A stretch of 64,000 nt of DNA from Polyangiaceae bacterium (GCA_013361525.1 JABFXY010000067.1:4387-68386), one strand, 5' to 3'. Positions 33,495 to 42,926 are shown, counted from the stretch's first letter. The notes: generated by a model not told the origin, from the letters alone. Numbers and translations: made by a program.

Positions 33495-33814
33495 TCCGCC
33501 ACCAAATCATCACCCTCCTCGTCTCCTCCCCAACGAAGACGATCAGCGCGGGCGACATCGCCATAGCGCTCGGCTGCTCGCGAGCGTCGGCGCGCGGTCA
33601 CCTCGTGGACCTCTGCAAGCATCACGTCCTGGTCTCGCTCGGCGTCCAGGATGCGCGCGGCTGGACCGTGTACGCGCTCGCTGGAGCGCCCGGCATCGAG
33701 TCGAAGGCCCGCGTGGCGCCATTCACCAGGCACCCGCTGCGGGCGCTCGTGTCGGCGGGCGTGTTGCCTGTGGCGAGGGCTGCGGCTGCGCTCGGGATTC
33801 GGAGGGCGGCGTAA
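33491..33814 (+). CDS. winged-helix-like small protein
   Basis: Internal ATG 33491. ISAGDIAIALGCSRASARGHLVDLCKHHVLV. Confidence 0.45.
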   Translation: MIRHQIITLLVSSPTKTISAGDIAIALGCSRASARGHLVDLCKHHVLVSLGVQDARGWTVYALAGAPGIESKARVAPFTRHPLRALVSAGVLPVARAAAALGIRRAA

Positions 33815-34086
33815 TGGGCGACGCCCTCATTCTCTGCACCTGCGACCATTCGCTCGACCGGCACACCGACGAGTCGACTCGACCCGCGACTGTGGGCGCG
33901 TGCGCGGACTGCGATTGCACGTCGTTCGCTCGCCCGGTGCGCGTGTTCGTTCCGCCTCCGAAGCCGAAGCGGCCGCTGATGCGGCGTGAGGTGGAGATCG
34001 AGGAGGTTGCCGGGCCGGTGCGGTTGCCGCCGGCGGGAGATGCTGAACCGGTGGGCGGATGGGAATTGGGGTGGTGGACGCGATGA
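33814..34086 (+). CDS. hypothetical Cys-rich protein
   Basis: Track ORF; CTCDHSLDRH...CADCDC. Confidence 0.45.
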   Translation: MGDALILCTCDHSLDRHTDESTRPATVGACADCDCTSFARPVRVFVPPPKPKRPLMRREVEIEEVAGPVRLPPAGDAEPVGGWELGWWTR

Positions 34087-34319
34087 AGCTCGAGCTCGAA
34101 CATCCGGCGCAGCCGTCTCGTCTCGACGAGAACGTCGCCTTCTATCTGTCGCGCGACGACGGCGGGCTCGGCTCGGGCGCCTGCTCGATGCTGGCGAACG
34201 ACGCGACGACGGAGAACTACGACGCTCTTGGGAAGATTATCCGCGCCGGTCTTCAGGCGCTGGGTGAGAGCCGGTCGAAGGACCTGGTCACCGCAATGGC
34301 GCGGAGGCGACGACGATGA
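34083..34319 (+). CDS. hypothetical protein
   Basis: Internal ATG 34083 (ATGA). Confidence 0.4.
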   Translation: MKLELEHPAQPSRLDENVAFYLSRDDGGLGSGACSMLANDATTENYDALGKIIRAGLQALGESRSKDLVTAMARRRRR

Positions 34320-34819
34320 TCTCGGTCACCATTCCGATCAAACTCGTCTCCGAGGCGAACAAGGCCTCTCACGAGCATTGGCGCGCGCGGCACCGCCGAG
34401 CGAAGTGCCAGAAAGCGGCCGTCGCCTTCGTCCTCAACTGTCACCGCCGACCGAAGATGCCGTGCGTCGTGAGCCTCACTCGCGTCGCGCCGCGCGGCTT
34501 GGACGGCGACAACTACGTCGGGTGTTTCAAGGCGGTTCGGGATGCGATCGCGACGTGGAACGGCGTCGACGACAAGGACCTCGGCTACTTCTGGAACTAC
34601 CTGCCGGCCGAGCGCGGCAAGCCGAGCGAGTACGCGGTCCGGATCGAGATCCGATCGGTGTCGCTGCTTGAGCTAAACGAGCTTCGGGCGCAGGAGCGTG
34701 CGCTTCAGCGGGCTCTGGCTGGTGCGGGGGCGCTTGTGGAGCGCGGCGCCGGCTCGCGTGGGGCGCGGACGAAGACGAGTGTGAAAGCGCGCGGCGGGCG
34801 CGCAGGAGCTGAATCATGA
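34316..34819 (+). CDS. rusA: RusA-like Holliday junction resolvase
   Basis: IPIKLVSEANK...RVAPRGLDGDNYVGCFKAVRDAI fits the RusA D-x-D-N...K...D core. Confidence 0.6.
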   Translation: MISVTIPIKLVSEANKASHEHWRARHRRAKCQKAAVAFVLNCHRRPKMPCVVSLTRVAPRGLDGDNYVGCFKAVRDAIATWNGVDDKDLGYFWNYLPAERGKPSEYAVRIEIRSVSLLELNELRAQERALQRALAGAGALVERGAGSRGARTKTSVKARGGRAGAES

Positions 34820-35646
34820 CCAAGACGAAGGCGGCGACGCGTCCGGGTTTTCTCTTTGGCGGGGCGGCGGAGTGCTTCGTCCTCGCGGACGGCCGTCGCG
34901 TGCTCTCGCAGCGCGGGGCACTACGAGCGATAACCGTCAAATCTGACGGGAAAGCCACCGGTCCCGGTTCGCACGATCTGGACCGATTTATCGCCAGATT
35001 GCCAAAACGATTCGGCTACTTGTCTGCGGTCCCGGCCATCGAGTTCGTGACGCAAGACGGGAAGGCTGCGCATGGCCGCGAAGCTCGCTGGTTCGTCCAG
35101 GTCTGCAACGCCTACGTCGAGGCCGCGCTCGCCGGAGAGCTCCACCCGAGCCAGCTCCACCTCGCAACGAACGCGCGTCGGATCATCGAGGCCGCGTCGA
35201 CGATCGCGATCGAGGACCTCGTCGACGAGGCCACCGGATACGCCGGCGAGAACGAATCGCGCATCGCGCGGTTCATGCGGGAGCTCTTCCGAGAAGACCC
35301 GCGGAAGTGGCAGCGGTTCTGGCCCGACGACGTCGTCAAGCTCGCGTGTGAGGTCTTCCGCATCAGGCGCACGCAGCAGTTCCCCGCACCGATGCTCGGC
35401 GTGATCGGGAAGCTGTACGACATCCGTCTCGGTCGCGAGCAGCACGAGGAGCTGAAGAAGCTCAACCCGGCCGGGCCCGATCGGAACATGCATCACCAGC
35501 ACTTCTCCGAGAAGCTGCTCGAGCTCATGTCGAACGACATGTCCGCGATTCGCGCGTACCTGATCGCGACGTCGAGCAAGGAACAGTTCTGGGAGCTCTG
35601 GACGGCCTACTGCACCGGCAAGGCGCAGCTTCGGTTGGGGTGGTGA
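34816..35646 (+). CDS. P63C domain protein
   Basis: The overall pattern (VLSQRGALRAI..., RFIARLP..., EATGYAGENES..., FWPDDVV...) resembles phage P63C-domain proteins. Recalled from memory, not searched. Confidence 0.45.
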   Translation: MTKTKAATRPGFLFGGAAECFVLADGRRVLSQRGALRAITVKSDGKATGPGSHDLDRFIARLPKRFGYLSAVPAIEFVTQDGKAAHGREARWFVQVCNAYVEAALAGELHPSQLHLATNARRIIEAASTIAIEDLVDEATGYAGENESRIARFMRELFREDPRKWQRFWPDDVVKLACEVFRIRRTQQFPAPMLGVIGKLYDIRLGREQHEELKKLNPAGPDRNMHHQHFSEKLLELMSNDMSAIRAYLIATSSKEQFWELWTAYCTGKAQLRLGW

Positions 35647-36527
35647 TGAAGGCTCACGTCCGCTTCGAGATGGGCTGGTCGAGCTCGCCGCGCGTGAAGA
35701 AGGCGTGGGTGACCTGCGGCGACTCCGCGCCGCTCATGTGGAACCTCGCGGTCGAGTACTGCAACGCTCACAAGACCGACGGCAGAATCTCCTACGCCGC
35801 GCTCATCGATTGCACGAGGCACCCTGAGCCGCGCGCGGTCATCAAGGCCCTGGTCGACGCCGACGCCCTCATCGACCTCGGCGGCGACGAGTTCGAGGTT
35901 CGAGGCTTCCTCGATCACAACCAGTCGAGAGCCCAGCGTGAGGCCCTCGAGACCGTGCGCAGAGCAAACGGCGCACGCGGCGGAAAGCAAAACAAGGGAC
36001 GCGCTCACCGGTCGTCGAAGCAAACGCGAAGCAAGTTGCTTCCGCATGTTGAAGCAACCAGCGAACAGGGTGCTTCGCCGCCGCCGAAGCCCGCTATTAC
36101 TACTGCTACTACTACTGCTACTAATACGGATCGATCTGGAGGGGGTTCGGGGGAACCACCCGGGGTCGGTCTGACCGAGGCGATCCGGCGCGGGTTGGCG
36201 GCCCGCCCGATCCTCGCGCCGATCGCCACGGTTGAGTGGGCTGCGGCGCTGGCTGGGGCCGTCGCAGCCTCGAAGCCGATATCGGCCGACGATGTCGAGG
36301 AAGCGCTCACGTGGGCCGCGGGGAAACTCGCCGTCGACGCTGTGCCTGGCGGTGGCGTTTCGGCGCTGAGCGACCAGGCGATCGCTGACCGGGTGCGCTC
36401 CGGGCTCGTGGGGGCGGTCACGAAACGCAAGAGCGCTCGAGCCGCGCAGTCGCGCCATTCGGCGAACGCGCCGCCGGTCCAATCCGGCGAAGGCCGGGTG
36501 TGGACCAGCAACCCGAGGGAGGTTTGA
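35640..36527 (+). CDS. replisome-organizer-like protein (lambda O / DnaD-type position) with internal iteron tract
   Basis: Sits directly upstream of the DnaC-like loader. The N-terminal winged-helix-like part contains YCNAHKTDGRISYAAL. A low-complexity linker encloses the repeats at 36016-36126. Start may be ATG 35646. Confidence 0.5.
   Translation: MVMKAHVRFEMGWSSSPRVKKAWVTCGDSAPLMWNLAVEYCNAHKTDGRISYAALIDCTRHPEPRAVIKALVDADALIDLGGDEFEVRGFLDHNQSRAQREALETVRRANGARGGKQNKGRAHRSSKQTRSKLLPHVEATSEQGASPPPKPAITTATTTATNTDRSGGGSGEPPGVGLTEAIRRGLAARPILAPIATVEWAAALAGAVAASKPISADDVEEALTWAAGKLAVDAVPGGGVSALSDQAIADRVRSGLVGAVTKRKSARAAQSRHSANAPPVQSGEGRVWTSNPREV
36016..36126. promoter_or_regulatory. putative replication origin: GAAGCAA iterons plus an A/T-ending codon tract
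   Basis: GAAGCAA at 36016, 36027 and 36050. Inverted TTGCTTC at 36035 and TGCTTC at 36070. Then ATTACTACTGCTACTACTACTGCTACTAAT at 36094-36123. Confidence 0.45.
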
Positions 36528-37330
36528 CCGTGAGCGAAACCGTCGAGGCCGACGACGACTTCGAGGCGCTCCGCGCCGTGCAGGAGCGCAAACGATTGGA
36601 GCTCGGGATCCCCGCGACCACCAAGGCGCCGCCGTCGCTTGAGGCGATCGTGAGCCGCGCTGGGCGTGTGTGGGAGCGCCCAAACGCGGCGGCGATCGAG
36701 GCCCGCGCTCGTGACGCTTCGGAGGCCGAGGCGAAGCGCGCGGCTGAACGCGCCGCCCTCGCGGAGGCACGCCGACAGCGGGCGATCGATCGTGCACTCG
36801 AGAGCGTCGACGAGGCGTTCCGGTGGGCGACCGTCGGCAGCCTCGGAGCGCGCCCGCGAACGGTCAACGCCGCGAAGCTCGGGTGCGAGAACCTTGATCG
36901 TGGCGCTGTGCTGGTGACGCTCGCCGGGCCCTCCGGCGTCGGCAAGACGACCGTTGCGGCCGCGCTCTATCGGCGCGCCGTCGAGGCAATGGACGCTCCT
37001 GACGGTGAGTGGATTGCGGCGAGCGAGATCGTCCACCGAGCGCGCCTCGCGGCAATGCGACGCGAACCGTTCGAGCTCCTCGAGCGATGCCTCGAGGCTG
37101 GCGTCCTCGTACTCGACGACCTCGGCCAAGAGCCGGGTGGTGAGTGGAAGCGGGACATCATCCACCTGATCCAGCGACGTCATGCCAGACGCCAGATCAC
37201 GATCGTTACGACGTTCCTCGCTGCTCCAAGGCACGGCGAACCTTGCGATGCCGTCGATCGTTATGGTGACGGCGTGGCGCGCCGCCTCTTCGAGGACGAA
37301 TCGCTCATTCGCTTTCGAGGTGACTCATGA
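36500..37330 (+). CDS. DnaC/IstB-like AAA+ helicase loader
   Basis: Walker A LAGPSGVGKTT; Walker B VLVLDDLGQE. Start may be GTG 36530, just after the upstream stop. Confidence 0.7.
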   Translation: MDQQPEGGLTVSETVEADDDFEALRAVQERKRLELGIPATTKAPPSLEAIVSRAGRVWERPNAAAIEARARDASEAEAKRAAERAALAEARRQRAIDRALESVDEAFRWATVGSLGARPRTVNAAKLGCENLDRGAVLVTLAGPSGVGKTTVAAALYRRAVEAMDAPDGEWIAASEIVHRARLAAMRREPFELLERCLEAGVLVLDDLGQEPGGEWKRDIIHLIQRRHARRQITIVTTFLAAPRHGEPCDAVDRYGDGVARRLFEDESLIRFRGDS

Positions 37331-37671
37331 ACGGATCAGATAGCTACGACGACTACGCCGGCGAGTTCGACGACGTCGCTGCCGAGGAGACCGAGCAGCG
37401 CGCAGCGAATGCCCAGGCGGCAATCGCAACGCCGAGCGGCTTCGACCTCGACAGCCTCGGACGCTGGACCGGCAAAGGCCGCGCACCGGTGCGGCCCTGG
37501 TACTGCGTCGTGTGCGGGGCGGCGCCGTTCACGGAAGAGGACCGCGCATTCGGAGCATGCGGTGGCTGCTCGCGACGCGAAGGCGAACGACGGCAGCGCG
37601 CTCGAGACGAGCGCGCGCGCAACGCGGAGATGCAGGACGCGCGAGCTGTGCGCGGAAGGAGAGCGGCATGA
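37327..37671 (+). CDS. hypothetical zinc-ribbon protein
   Basis: Track ORF; CVVCG...CGGC. Confidence 0.45.
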   Translation: MNGSDSYDDYAGEFDDVAAEETEQRAANAQAAIATPSGFDLDSLGRWTGKGRAPVRPWYCVVCGAAPFTEEDRAFGACGGCSRREGERRQRARDERARNAEMQDARAVRGRRAA

Positions 37672-38618
37672 ACGCAATCGACCAAGCCAAAGCGATTCTC
37701 AATGGTGCCGCCCGAGACGGCGACTGCAAGGCGGTGGCGGAGGCGTATCTCGCCGAGCAGGCCATCATCGCCGAGTGCGCGCGCCTCGCACCATTCATGA
37801 AGCTGATTCAGCCGGCCGTTGACCTGCTGGACGGCGAGAGCGCGGCCGAGAACTTCGTCACGGTCGACGTGACGGCACCAGGCGAGCGGAAGCTCACGCT
37901 CACGCTGCAGTACCAGGACGGCGAGACGCCGGCGCAGGGCATCCGTCGTGTCGAGAAGCACCTGGGGCTGAAGCTTCGAGAGCTCGACCAGGCGTACGCG
38001 GCTCTCGAGAGGGTTCAGACGCGTTGCAAGGACCTCCTCGAAGAGAACCGCAAGCTCCGCGAAGGCCTCGTCGGTCCGCGGTGGGAGCCAACAGCGCAGC
38101 GCCCGCCGGCCGAGGCCGGACATTGGTGGAGCTGCGACGGCGGCAAGCCCGAGCGGATCGTGAGCGTGGACTCGGGCCGGCGACGAGCTGAGACGGACGG
38201 TGGCGACTACATCACGCTGAATGCGCAGGGCGTGCCGTCCGGGCCGGGTTGGATGCTCTGTCCGCCACCGGTGCTCACCGAAATGCTCGAAGCTGAGCGA
38301 AAGGCTGGGCGCGCTCCGCAGGTGGCCGCCGTGCCGCCGGTCGTGTTCGTCGTGGTCGGCGATACCGCCGGGGACGTCGGCGACGCTTCGATCTTCAAGC
38401 ACAACCTGTTTCCGAGCGAGACGGCGCGCATCGTCGAGTACGTGCCGGCGAATGGCGTGACGGTGCTGGACGAGCCGGGCGCTGACGAGAACGGCGGAGC
38501 GTGGCCGTTCGACCCGAGCCGCCCCATCGGCGAGCAGTATGCACCGCCGGACCCGGTGCCGGGACATGACGTCTCGGTCACGTTCGGCAAGCCGGCACAG
38601 GCGAAGGGGACCACGTGA
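37668..38618 (+). CDS. hypothetical protein
   Basis: Internal ATG 37668 (ATGA). Confidence 0.5.
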   Translation: MNAIDQAKAILNGAARDGDCKAVAEAYLAEQAIIAECARLAPFMKLIQPAVDLLDGESAAENFVTVDVTAPGERKLTLTLQYQDGETPAQGIRRVEKHLGLKLRELDQAYAALERVQTRCKDLLEENRKLREGLVGPRWEPTAQRPPAEAGHWWSCDGGKPERIVSVDSGRRRAETDGGDYITLNAQGVPSGPGWMLCPPPVLTEMLEAERKAGRAPQVAAVPPVVFVVVGDTAGDVGDASIFKHNLFPSETARIVEYVPANGVTVLDEPGADENGGAWPFDPSRPIGEQYAPPDPVPGHDVSVTFGKPAQAKGTT

Positions 38619-39133
38619 GCGACGTGCTGCCGCAAACGATCCGCTGCAAGCGCACGCTCCCGGGCGACTATCCGCTGCCGAAGCACGCGAAGCAGGGCGA
38701 TGCCGGCCTCGACCTCGCGATGCGGCGTTGGCGCTGGCCGGAGTCGAAGACCTGGCAGGAGTGCGCGGTGTGCCTGAACCCCGGCGATCGCCTCGTGGTC
38801 GACACGGGCATCGCGATGGAGCTTCCGGACGGTCACGTCGGCTTCGTCCAGCCTCGCTCCGGCCTGGCCCGCGACCACGGGGTGCGCACCGTCACGGGGA
38901 CGATCGACGCGTCCTACCGAGGTGCGATCGGCGTGGTGCTCGAGAACTTCGACGAGGCGCCGTTCGAGGTCAGGATCGGCGATCGCGTCGCTCAGATCGT
39001 CGTGGTCCCGTTCCTCACGTGCGTCCTCGAGGAGGCGGAGAGCCTATCCCCGTCGGTGCGCGGCACAGATGGCTTCGGGTCAAGCGGGCTGCTCGCGCTC
39101 GTCGGCAACGAGCAGGGAGGCAGCGCAGCGTGA
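38615..39133 (+). CDS. dut: trimeric dUTPase
   Basis: GDAGLDL, VQPRSGLA, GTIDASYRG and RGTDGFGSSG are four of the conserved dUTPase motifs. Confidence 0.9.
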   Translation: MSDVLPQTIRCKRTLPGDYPLPKHAKQGDAGLDLAMRRWRWPESKTWQECAVCLNPGDRLVVDTGIAMELPDGHVGFVQPRSGLARDHGVRTVTGTIDASYRGAIGVVLENFDEAPFEVRIGDRVAQIVVVPFLTCVLEEAESLSPSVRGTDGFGSSGLLALVGNEQGGSAA

Positions 39134-39381
39134 GCGTCAACCATATCTGCGGCCCGTGGTGCATGTGTGTCTGGCGCCTCCCGACGCCTCCGCTCGCGCC
39201 CATGCCCGATGGTCTCGTGATGATGACCGGCGACACCCTCGCGGCGCAGACCGAGTGCCAGGCGATTCTCGAGCACGTCGAGGCCGAGCGGCACCGCGCC
39301 GAAGACGAGGGCCGGACGCGCGACGCGTCGGTGCTCGAAGGCGTCCGACTGTGGCTGCATCGGAGGATCGAGGGGCGATGA
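39130..39381 (+). CDS. hypothetical protein
   Basis: GTG 39130 (GTGA overlap). Confidence 0.4.
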   Translation: MSVNHICGPWCMCVWRLPTPPLAPMPDGLVMMTGDTLAAQTECQAILEHVEAERHRAEDEGRTRDASVLEGVRLWLHRRIEGR

Positions 39382-40286
39382 GCGACGAGACGACGCCGGA
39401 GCCGGAAGCGAGCGAGGAGTCGAAGCCTTGTCGTCGCTCTCGCCCTCTTGGAGCAGGCGCGCGCACGAGGGACTCCGATCGGGCCAAGTCGGGGAAGGCT
39501 CGTCAAGCAAAAAGTGTGGGCTCAAAGGGTAAGAGGGGGCCTAAGCCTGCGAAAGACAAGGCGGATAAATCGCTCGACAGGTACGCGAGCCTGCGCGCGC
39601 GTGCGCGCGAGGTGAACCACACCGATAAGGCCGCCCGGATCCGGTTCATGGCCGAGCTCGGCACCGAGTACGAGCGCGGCGTCACCCCGGCCGTGCTCGC
39701 CGACGTCTGGGGCATGAAGCTCGCGACCGTCGAGACCGATGCCTCCATCGCCGGGCTCCTCATCAAGCTCCAGGCCGACCCCGAGGTGGCGCACGCCGTG
39801 TACTGGCAGGACGTGTACGCGGAGCTCGAGCTCATGCAGCCGCTCCGGAAGCGCGCGGCGGAGGTCCTGCAGGAGGGGCTCGACAGCAAGCTCTACGAGC
39901 GGATCCCGGACGGAGATGGCGGCGACATGCTCGCAGTCGTCAGCCCGCGCGGCATGAAGGAGCTATCCGAGGCGCTCTCTGAGCTGGCGCAGGCAACCGA
40001 TCGGTGTCGCGACAAGATCGGCAAGGCCTCTGGGCTGCTCACGAGCGGCACAACCATCAACCTCACTGCCGTGCTCGCCGCCGCCGTTCGCGTCGAGGCG
40101 GTCGACGCCGACGCGAAGGTCAGCACGCTGCTCGAGTGCGTGGAGCAGGCGCTCGAGGCGTTCGACAAGTCCAAGGACCCAGCGACGCGCCTTGCGGGTG
40201 TCGCACTGCTCGAGAGGCTGACGGGGCGGCAATTGGTGCCGGCGCTGCCGTCGCCGCCCGAGATCACACAACCGAAGGAGGATTGA
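39378..40286 (+). CDS. hypothetical protein with basic N-terminus and HTH-like segment
   Basis: Internal ATG 39378. Lys/Arg-rich first 60 aa. VTPAVLADVWGMKLATVETD is HTH-like. Confidence 0.5.
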   Translation: MSDETTPEPEASEESKPCRRSRPLGAGARTRDSDRAKSGKARQAKSVGSKGKRGPKPAKDKADKSLDRYASLRARAREVNHTDKAARIRFMAELGTEYERGVTPAVLADVWGMKLATVETDASIAGLLIKLQADPEVAHAVYWQDVYAELELMQPLRKRAAEVLQEGLDSKLYERIPDGDGGDMLAVVSPRGMKELSEALSELAQATDRCRDKIGKASGLLTSGTTINLTAVLAAAVRVEAVDADAKVSTLLECVEQALEAFDKSKDPATRLAGVALLERLTGRQLVPALPSPPEITQPKED

Positions 40287-40916
40287 ATGAAGACGCCGAG
40301 GAAGCCCGTGCTCGGCCCCTGCGATTGGTGCAAGGCGGAGAACAAGAAGCGCCAGCCGACACGCGACCATGAGGAGGGATTGAACGGGCCGGTCTACTAC
40401 GTGTGCGGTGACTGCGTCGCTCGGCGGAGCAGGCGATTGGCCGAGGAGGATGACTCGGGCGACGACTGGCCCGACTACGACGATGACGACGACGAGCGCG
40501 AGGAGCGGCCGCTCGCCGGATGCGCTTGCGAGAACCCGCTCACGGTCGACACCGTCTGCGAAGCCTGCGTCGCCTACATGCAGGAGCAGGACGCCGAGAT
40601 CGAGCGGGAGCGGTTGGCGAAGGCCTCGGCGTTCACGGTCGAGGAGTGCGTGTATTGGCTCGGCGTCGCGTGGGCCGAGGAGAATGGCTACAACCCGCAC
40701 CTTCAGGAGGCGCTCTCCGCGGCGGCCAGTCGTGAGCCGGAGCAGCTCTTGAAGGCGTCGCACGTCGCCCTTCATTGGGCCGGGCGCGCGCGGTGGGAGC
40801 CAGACGAGACGCGTCGCGACGACTGGATCGCGATGGCGCTGTTCGCGTGGCGGATGTGTCGCGAGACCATTCGAGCAATCGAGCGCGAGAAGGAGGCGAT
40901 GCAGCGATGGGGATGA
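40287..40916 (+). CDS. hypothetical Cys-rich acidic protein
   Basis: Track ORF; CDWC...CGDC...CEAC. Confidence 0.5.
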   Translation: MKTPRKPVLGPCDWCKAENKKRQPTRDHEEGLNGPVYYVCGDCVARRSRRLAEEDDSGDDWPDYDDDDDEREERPLAGCACENPLTVDTVCEACVAYMQEQDAEIERERLAKASAFTVEECVYWLGVAWAEENGYNPHLQEALSAAASREPEQLLKASHVALHWAGRARWEPDETRRDDWIAMALFAWRMCRETIRAIEREKEAMQRWG

Positions 40917-41116
40917 TCTCGTTCTGCTCCCTCTGTCATCGCCCGATGCGCCGCCACATCTCCCGCGAGGCGGGCAAGCACGTGGGCACCGGCGTGTGCG
41001 TCATCGATTGCGAAGGCAGCGAGTTGAAGGAGACGCGCCGGTGGCACCCGAGCGGCGGTGTCTACATCGAGCAGGAGATCCGGCGCGAGGAGCACGAGGA
41101 GGTGGTTCGTGGGTGA
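40907..41116 (+). CDS. hypothetical small Cys protein
   Basis: Internal ATG 40907, overlapping the upstream 3' end by 10 nt. Confidence 0.4.
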   Translation: MGMISFCSLCHRPMRRHISREAGKHVGTGVCVIDCEGSELKETRRWHPSGGVYIEQEIRREEHEEVVRG

Positions 41117-41117
41117 G

Positions 41118-41624
41118 ATGACGAACGAAGAGCTCGACCGGCTCGACGCGATCGAGAAGGCAGCGACGGTGGGACCGTGGGACCAGGCGCACCACATCGA
41201 AGAGCAGCGCGCGATTGTGGCGCGAGCGCTGCCATGCGTTTCGCTGCTGGGGCTCGACGTCGACGGGATGGCGATCGTCGGGGAGGAGGTCGACGCGGCG
41301 CTCATCGTCGAAGCTCGCAACGCGCTGCGGCCGCTGATCGAGGAGGTGCGGAAGCTCAGGCAGCAGAACGAAGCGCTCGAGCGCGGCCGGCAGCAGTCGA
41401 AGCTTATCGAAGGCCTTCCGGTGCCAGCGGCGCACTGGGAGAAGGTCCACGCTGAGGGAAACGCTGGCGCCATCGCCGATGTCCGCGCCTACCTCCGAGA
41501 AGAGCAAGCGAGGCTCGCCGGCACGAGCGTCTCCAACGTCACGCTCGCCGTGTTCGATGTGCTCAGCGACGCACTCGAGCGCGGCGACCACGTGGGAGCA
41601 GCAAGCAGGAAGGAACTCAGATGA
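41118..41624 (+). CDS. Ea22/ead-like protein
   Basis: ATG 41118. LDAIEKAATVGPWDQ motif followed by a coiled coil. Confidence 0.5.
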   Translation: MTNEELDRLDAIEKAATVGPWDQAHHIEEQRAIVARALPCVSLLGLDVDGMAIVGEEVDAALIVEARNALRPLIEEVRKLRQQNEALERGRQQSKLIEGLPVPAAHWEKVHAEGNAGAIADVRAYLREEQARLAGTSVSNVTLAVFDVLSDALERGDHVGAASRKELR

Positions 41625-42034
41625 AAGCCGAGACGTACCGGACCGCGGCGGTGATTCCGGAGGAGCCGAAGAAGCCGCGACCCTCCGGACCGATCCTGCG
41701 GTGCCAGGCGTGCGGCGAGGTGCAGCGACCGGACTTCTTCAACGACCGCATCCTTGGTGGGCCGTCGCGGCCGACCTGCTGCGAAAGCTGCGACATCGAG
41801 TCGACTCCGCACCTTCACCAGCAGTGCATGACGTGCAAAGCGAAGTGGCGAACCGGCCTGGCGGGCGATCGGCGCGAGCCGCCGCCCCCGCCCAAGCTAC
41901 CGCCCCCGCCGGTCGAGGTCGGTGACTCCGTCGAGGTCAGGGTGTGGAAGGCCGCCTACACGGGCGCGGCGGTGGGCGTATTCGTCGGTGCCACGTTGCT
42001 CATGATCGCCGCCAAGCTCGGATGGCTGAATTGA
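41621..42034 (+). CDS. zinc-ribbon protein with C-terminal TM anchor
   Basis: CQACG...CCESC...CMTC, a Pro-rich linker, then AAVGVFVGATLLMIAAKLGW. Confidence 0.5.
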   Translation: MKAETYRTAAVIPEEPKKPRPSGPILRCQACGEVQRPDFFNDRILGGPSRPTCCESCDIESTPHLHQQCMTCKAKWRTGLAGDRREPPPPPKLPPPPVEVGDSVEVRVWKAAYTGAAVGVFVGATLLMIAAKLGWLN

Positions 42035-42243
42035 ACCGAGGCCCCACATCGCCAGGCACCCACAACCAGCAAACCCGCTGTCGGTGTTGCCGCGCCACGA
42101 CCGTCGATTCGACCGGCCCGGCCGTGGTGCGTAGGGGTGAGCCGTTCATTCCCGTGAAGTGCCGCACGTGCGGGTTCCAGTGGGAGACGCGGAGTCAGGA
42201 AGCGATCGCCCGGTGGGGCGGGAAGAAGGCGAGCAGGCGATGA
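42022..42243 (+). CDS. hypothetical small zinc-ribbon protein
   Basis: Internal ATG 42022 (alternative TTG 42031); CRCC...CRTCG. Confidence 0.4.
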   Translation: MAELNRGPTSPGTHNQQTRCRCCRATTVDSTGPAVVRRGEPFIPVKCRTCGFQWETRSQEAIARWGGKKASRR

Positions 42244-42926
42244 AGGACGACCAAACGTACGCGAACGAAGCGGCCTTCCCGGAGCCAACGCTCGAGGGTA
42301 TCGCTGCAGCGGCCGCGCAGATCCGGCCGAAGACGTTCGATGCCCGCGGTGTGGTCCGCTTCGGAAATCTCGAGATTCAGGTCTCGAAGATCGAGATGAC
42401 GGAACTCCACGATGAGGGCGTCGTATGGCGCCCGAGTTTCCGCGACGTGCCGCGCGTGAGCACGATCCGGATCCTTCACGACGATGAGAGCCACGAGGAC
42501 TACCTTCGGCTCTTCGCCGCCCGTCACGAGGCCGGGCACGCCGTTGTGGCGTGGGCATGCGGCTTCGAGATTACGCGAGCATGGGCGAAGCCCGGAGAGG
42601 GCGCCGTCGACTTCCAATGCAGGCCGGAGGATCGAGGCGGGCTCCTCGACGACGACCTCAGGGTTCGGATCGGTGCTGTCGCCGTCGCCGGTGCAATGAC
42701 GCAAGCCGGGCTCATTCGCGACGATGCGGCGACCGGCCCAGGCGACGTCGATGTGCTCGAGGAGCACTGTGGCACGGAGGCGTTGGTGAAGGCTGCGCGA
42801 CGTCGGGCGACGTCGATCCTCCGCCAATACGAGCGCGCGGTGTGGGCGGTAGCGAAGCGGCTGTTCGAGGATGGGGCGCTCGGCGGGGAGACGGTGGTGC
42901 GAGTGATTGAGGGGAGCGAACGATGA
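42240..42926 (+). CDS. standalone FtsH-type (M41-like) zinc peptidase domain, no AAA module
   Basis: Internal ATG 42240. FAARHEAGHAVVAWACGF reproduces the FtsH HEAGHA active-site helix. The protein is only 228 aa, with no Walker motifs. Confidence 0.6.
   Translation: MKDDQTYANEAAFPEPTLEGIAAAAAQIRPKTFDARGVVRFGNLEIQVSKIEMTELHDEGVVWRPSFRDVPRVSTIRILHDDESHEDYLRLFAARHEAGHAVVAWACGFEITRAWAKPGEGAVDFQCRPEDRGGLLDDDLRVRIGAVAVAGAMTQAGLIRDDAATGPGDVDVLEEHCGTEALVKAARRRATSILRQYERAVWAVAKRLFEDGALGGETVVRVIEGSER

Noticed and set aside
36094-36126. The ACT/GCT trinucleotide tract as a contingency (phase-variation) microsatellite
   Set aside because: The repeat unit is a multiple of three and imperfect, so slippage would not shift the frame. 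It is better explained as part of the origin-like region.
35607-38567. Large minus-strand ORFs 35607..36797, 36005..37234 and 37353..38567
   Set aside because: They are antisense to the organizer-like, DnaC-like and downstream plus-strand genes, which carry real motifs. Their translations are low complexity.
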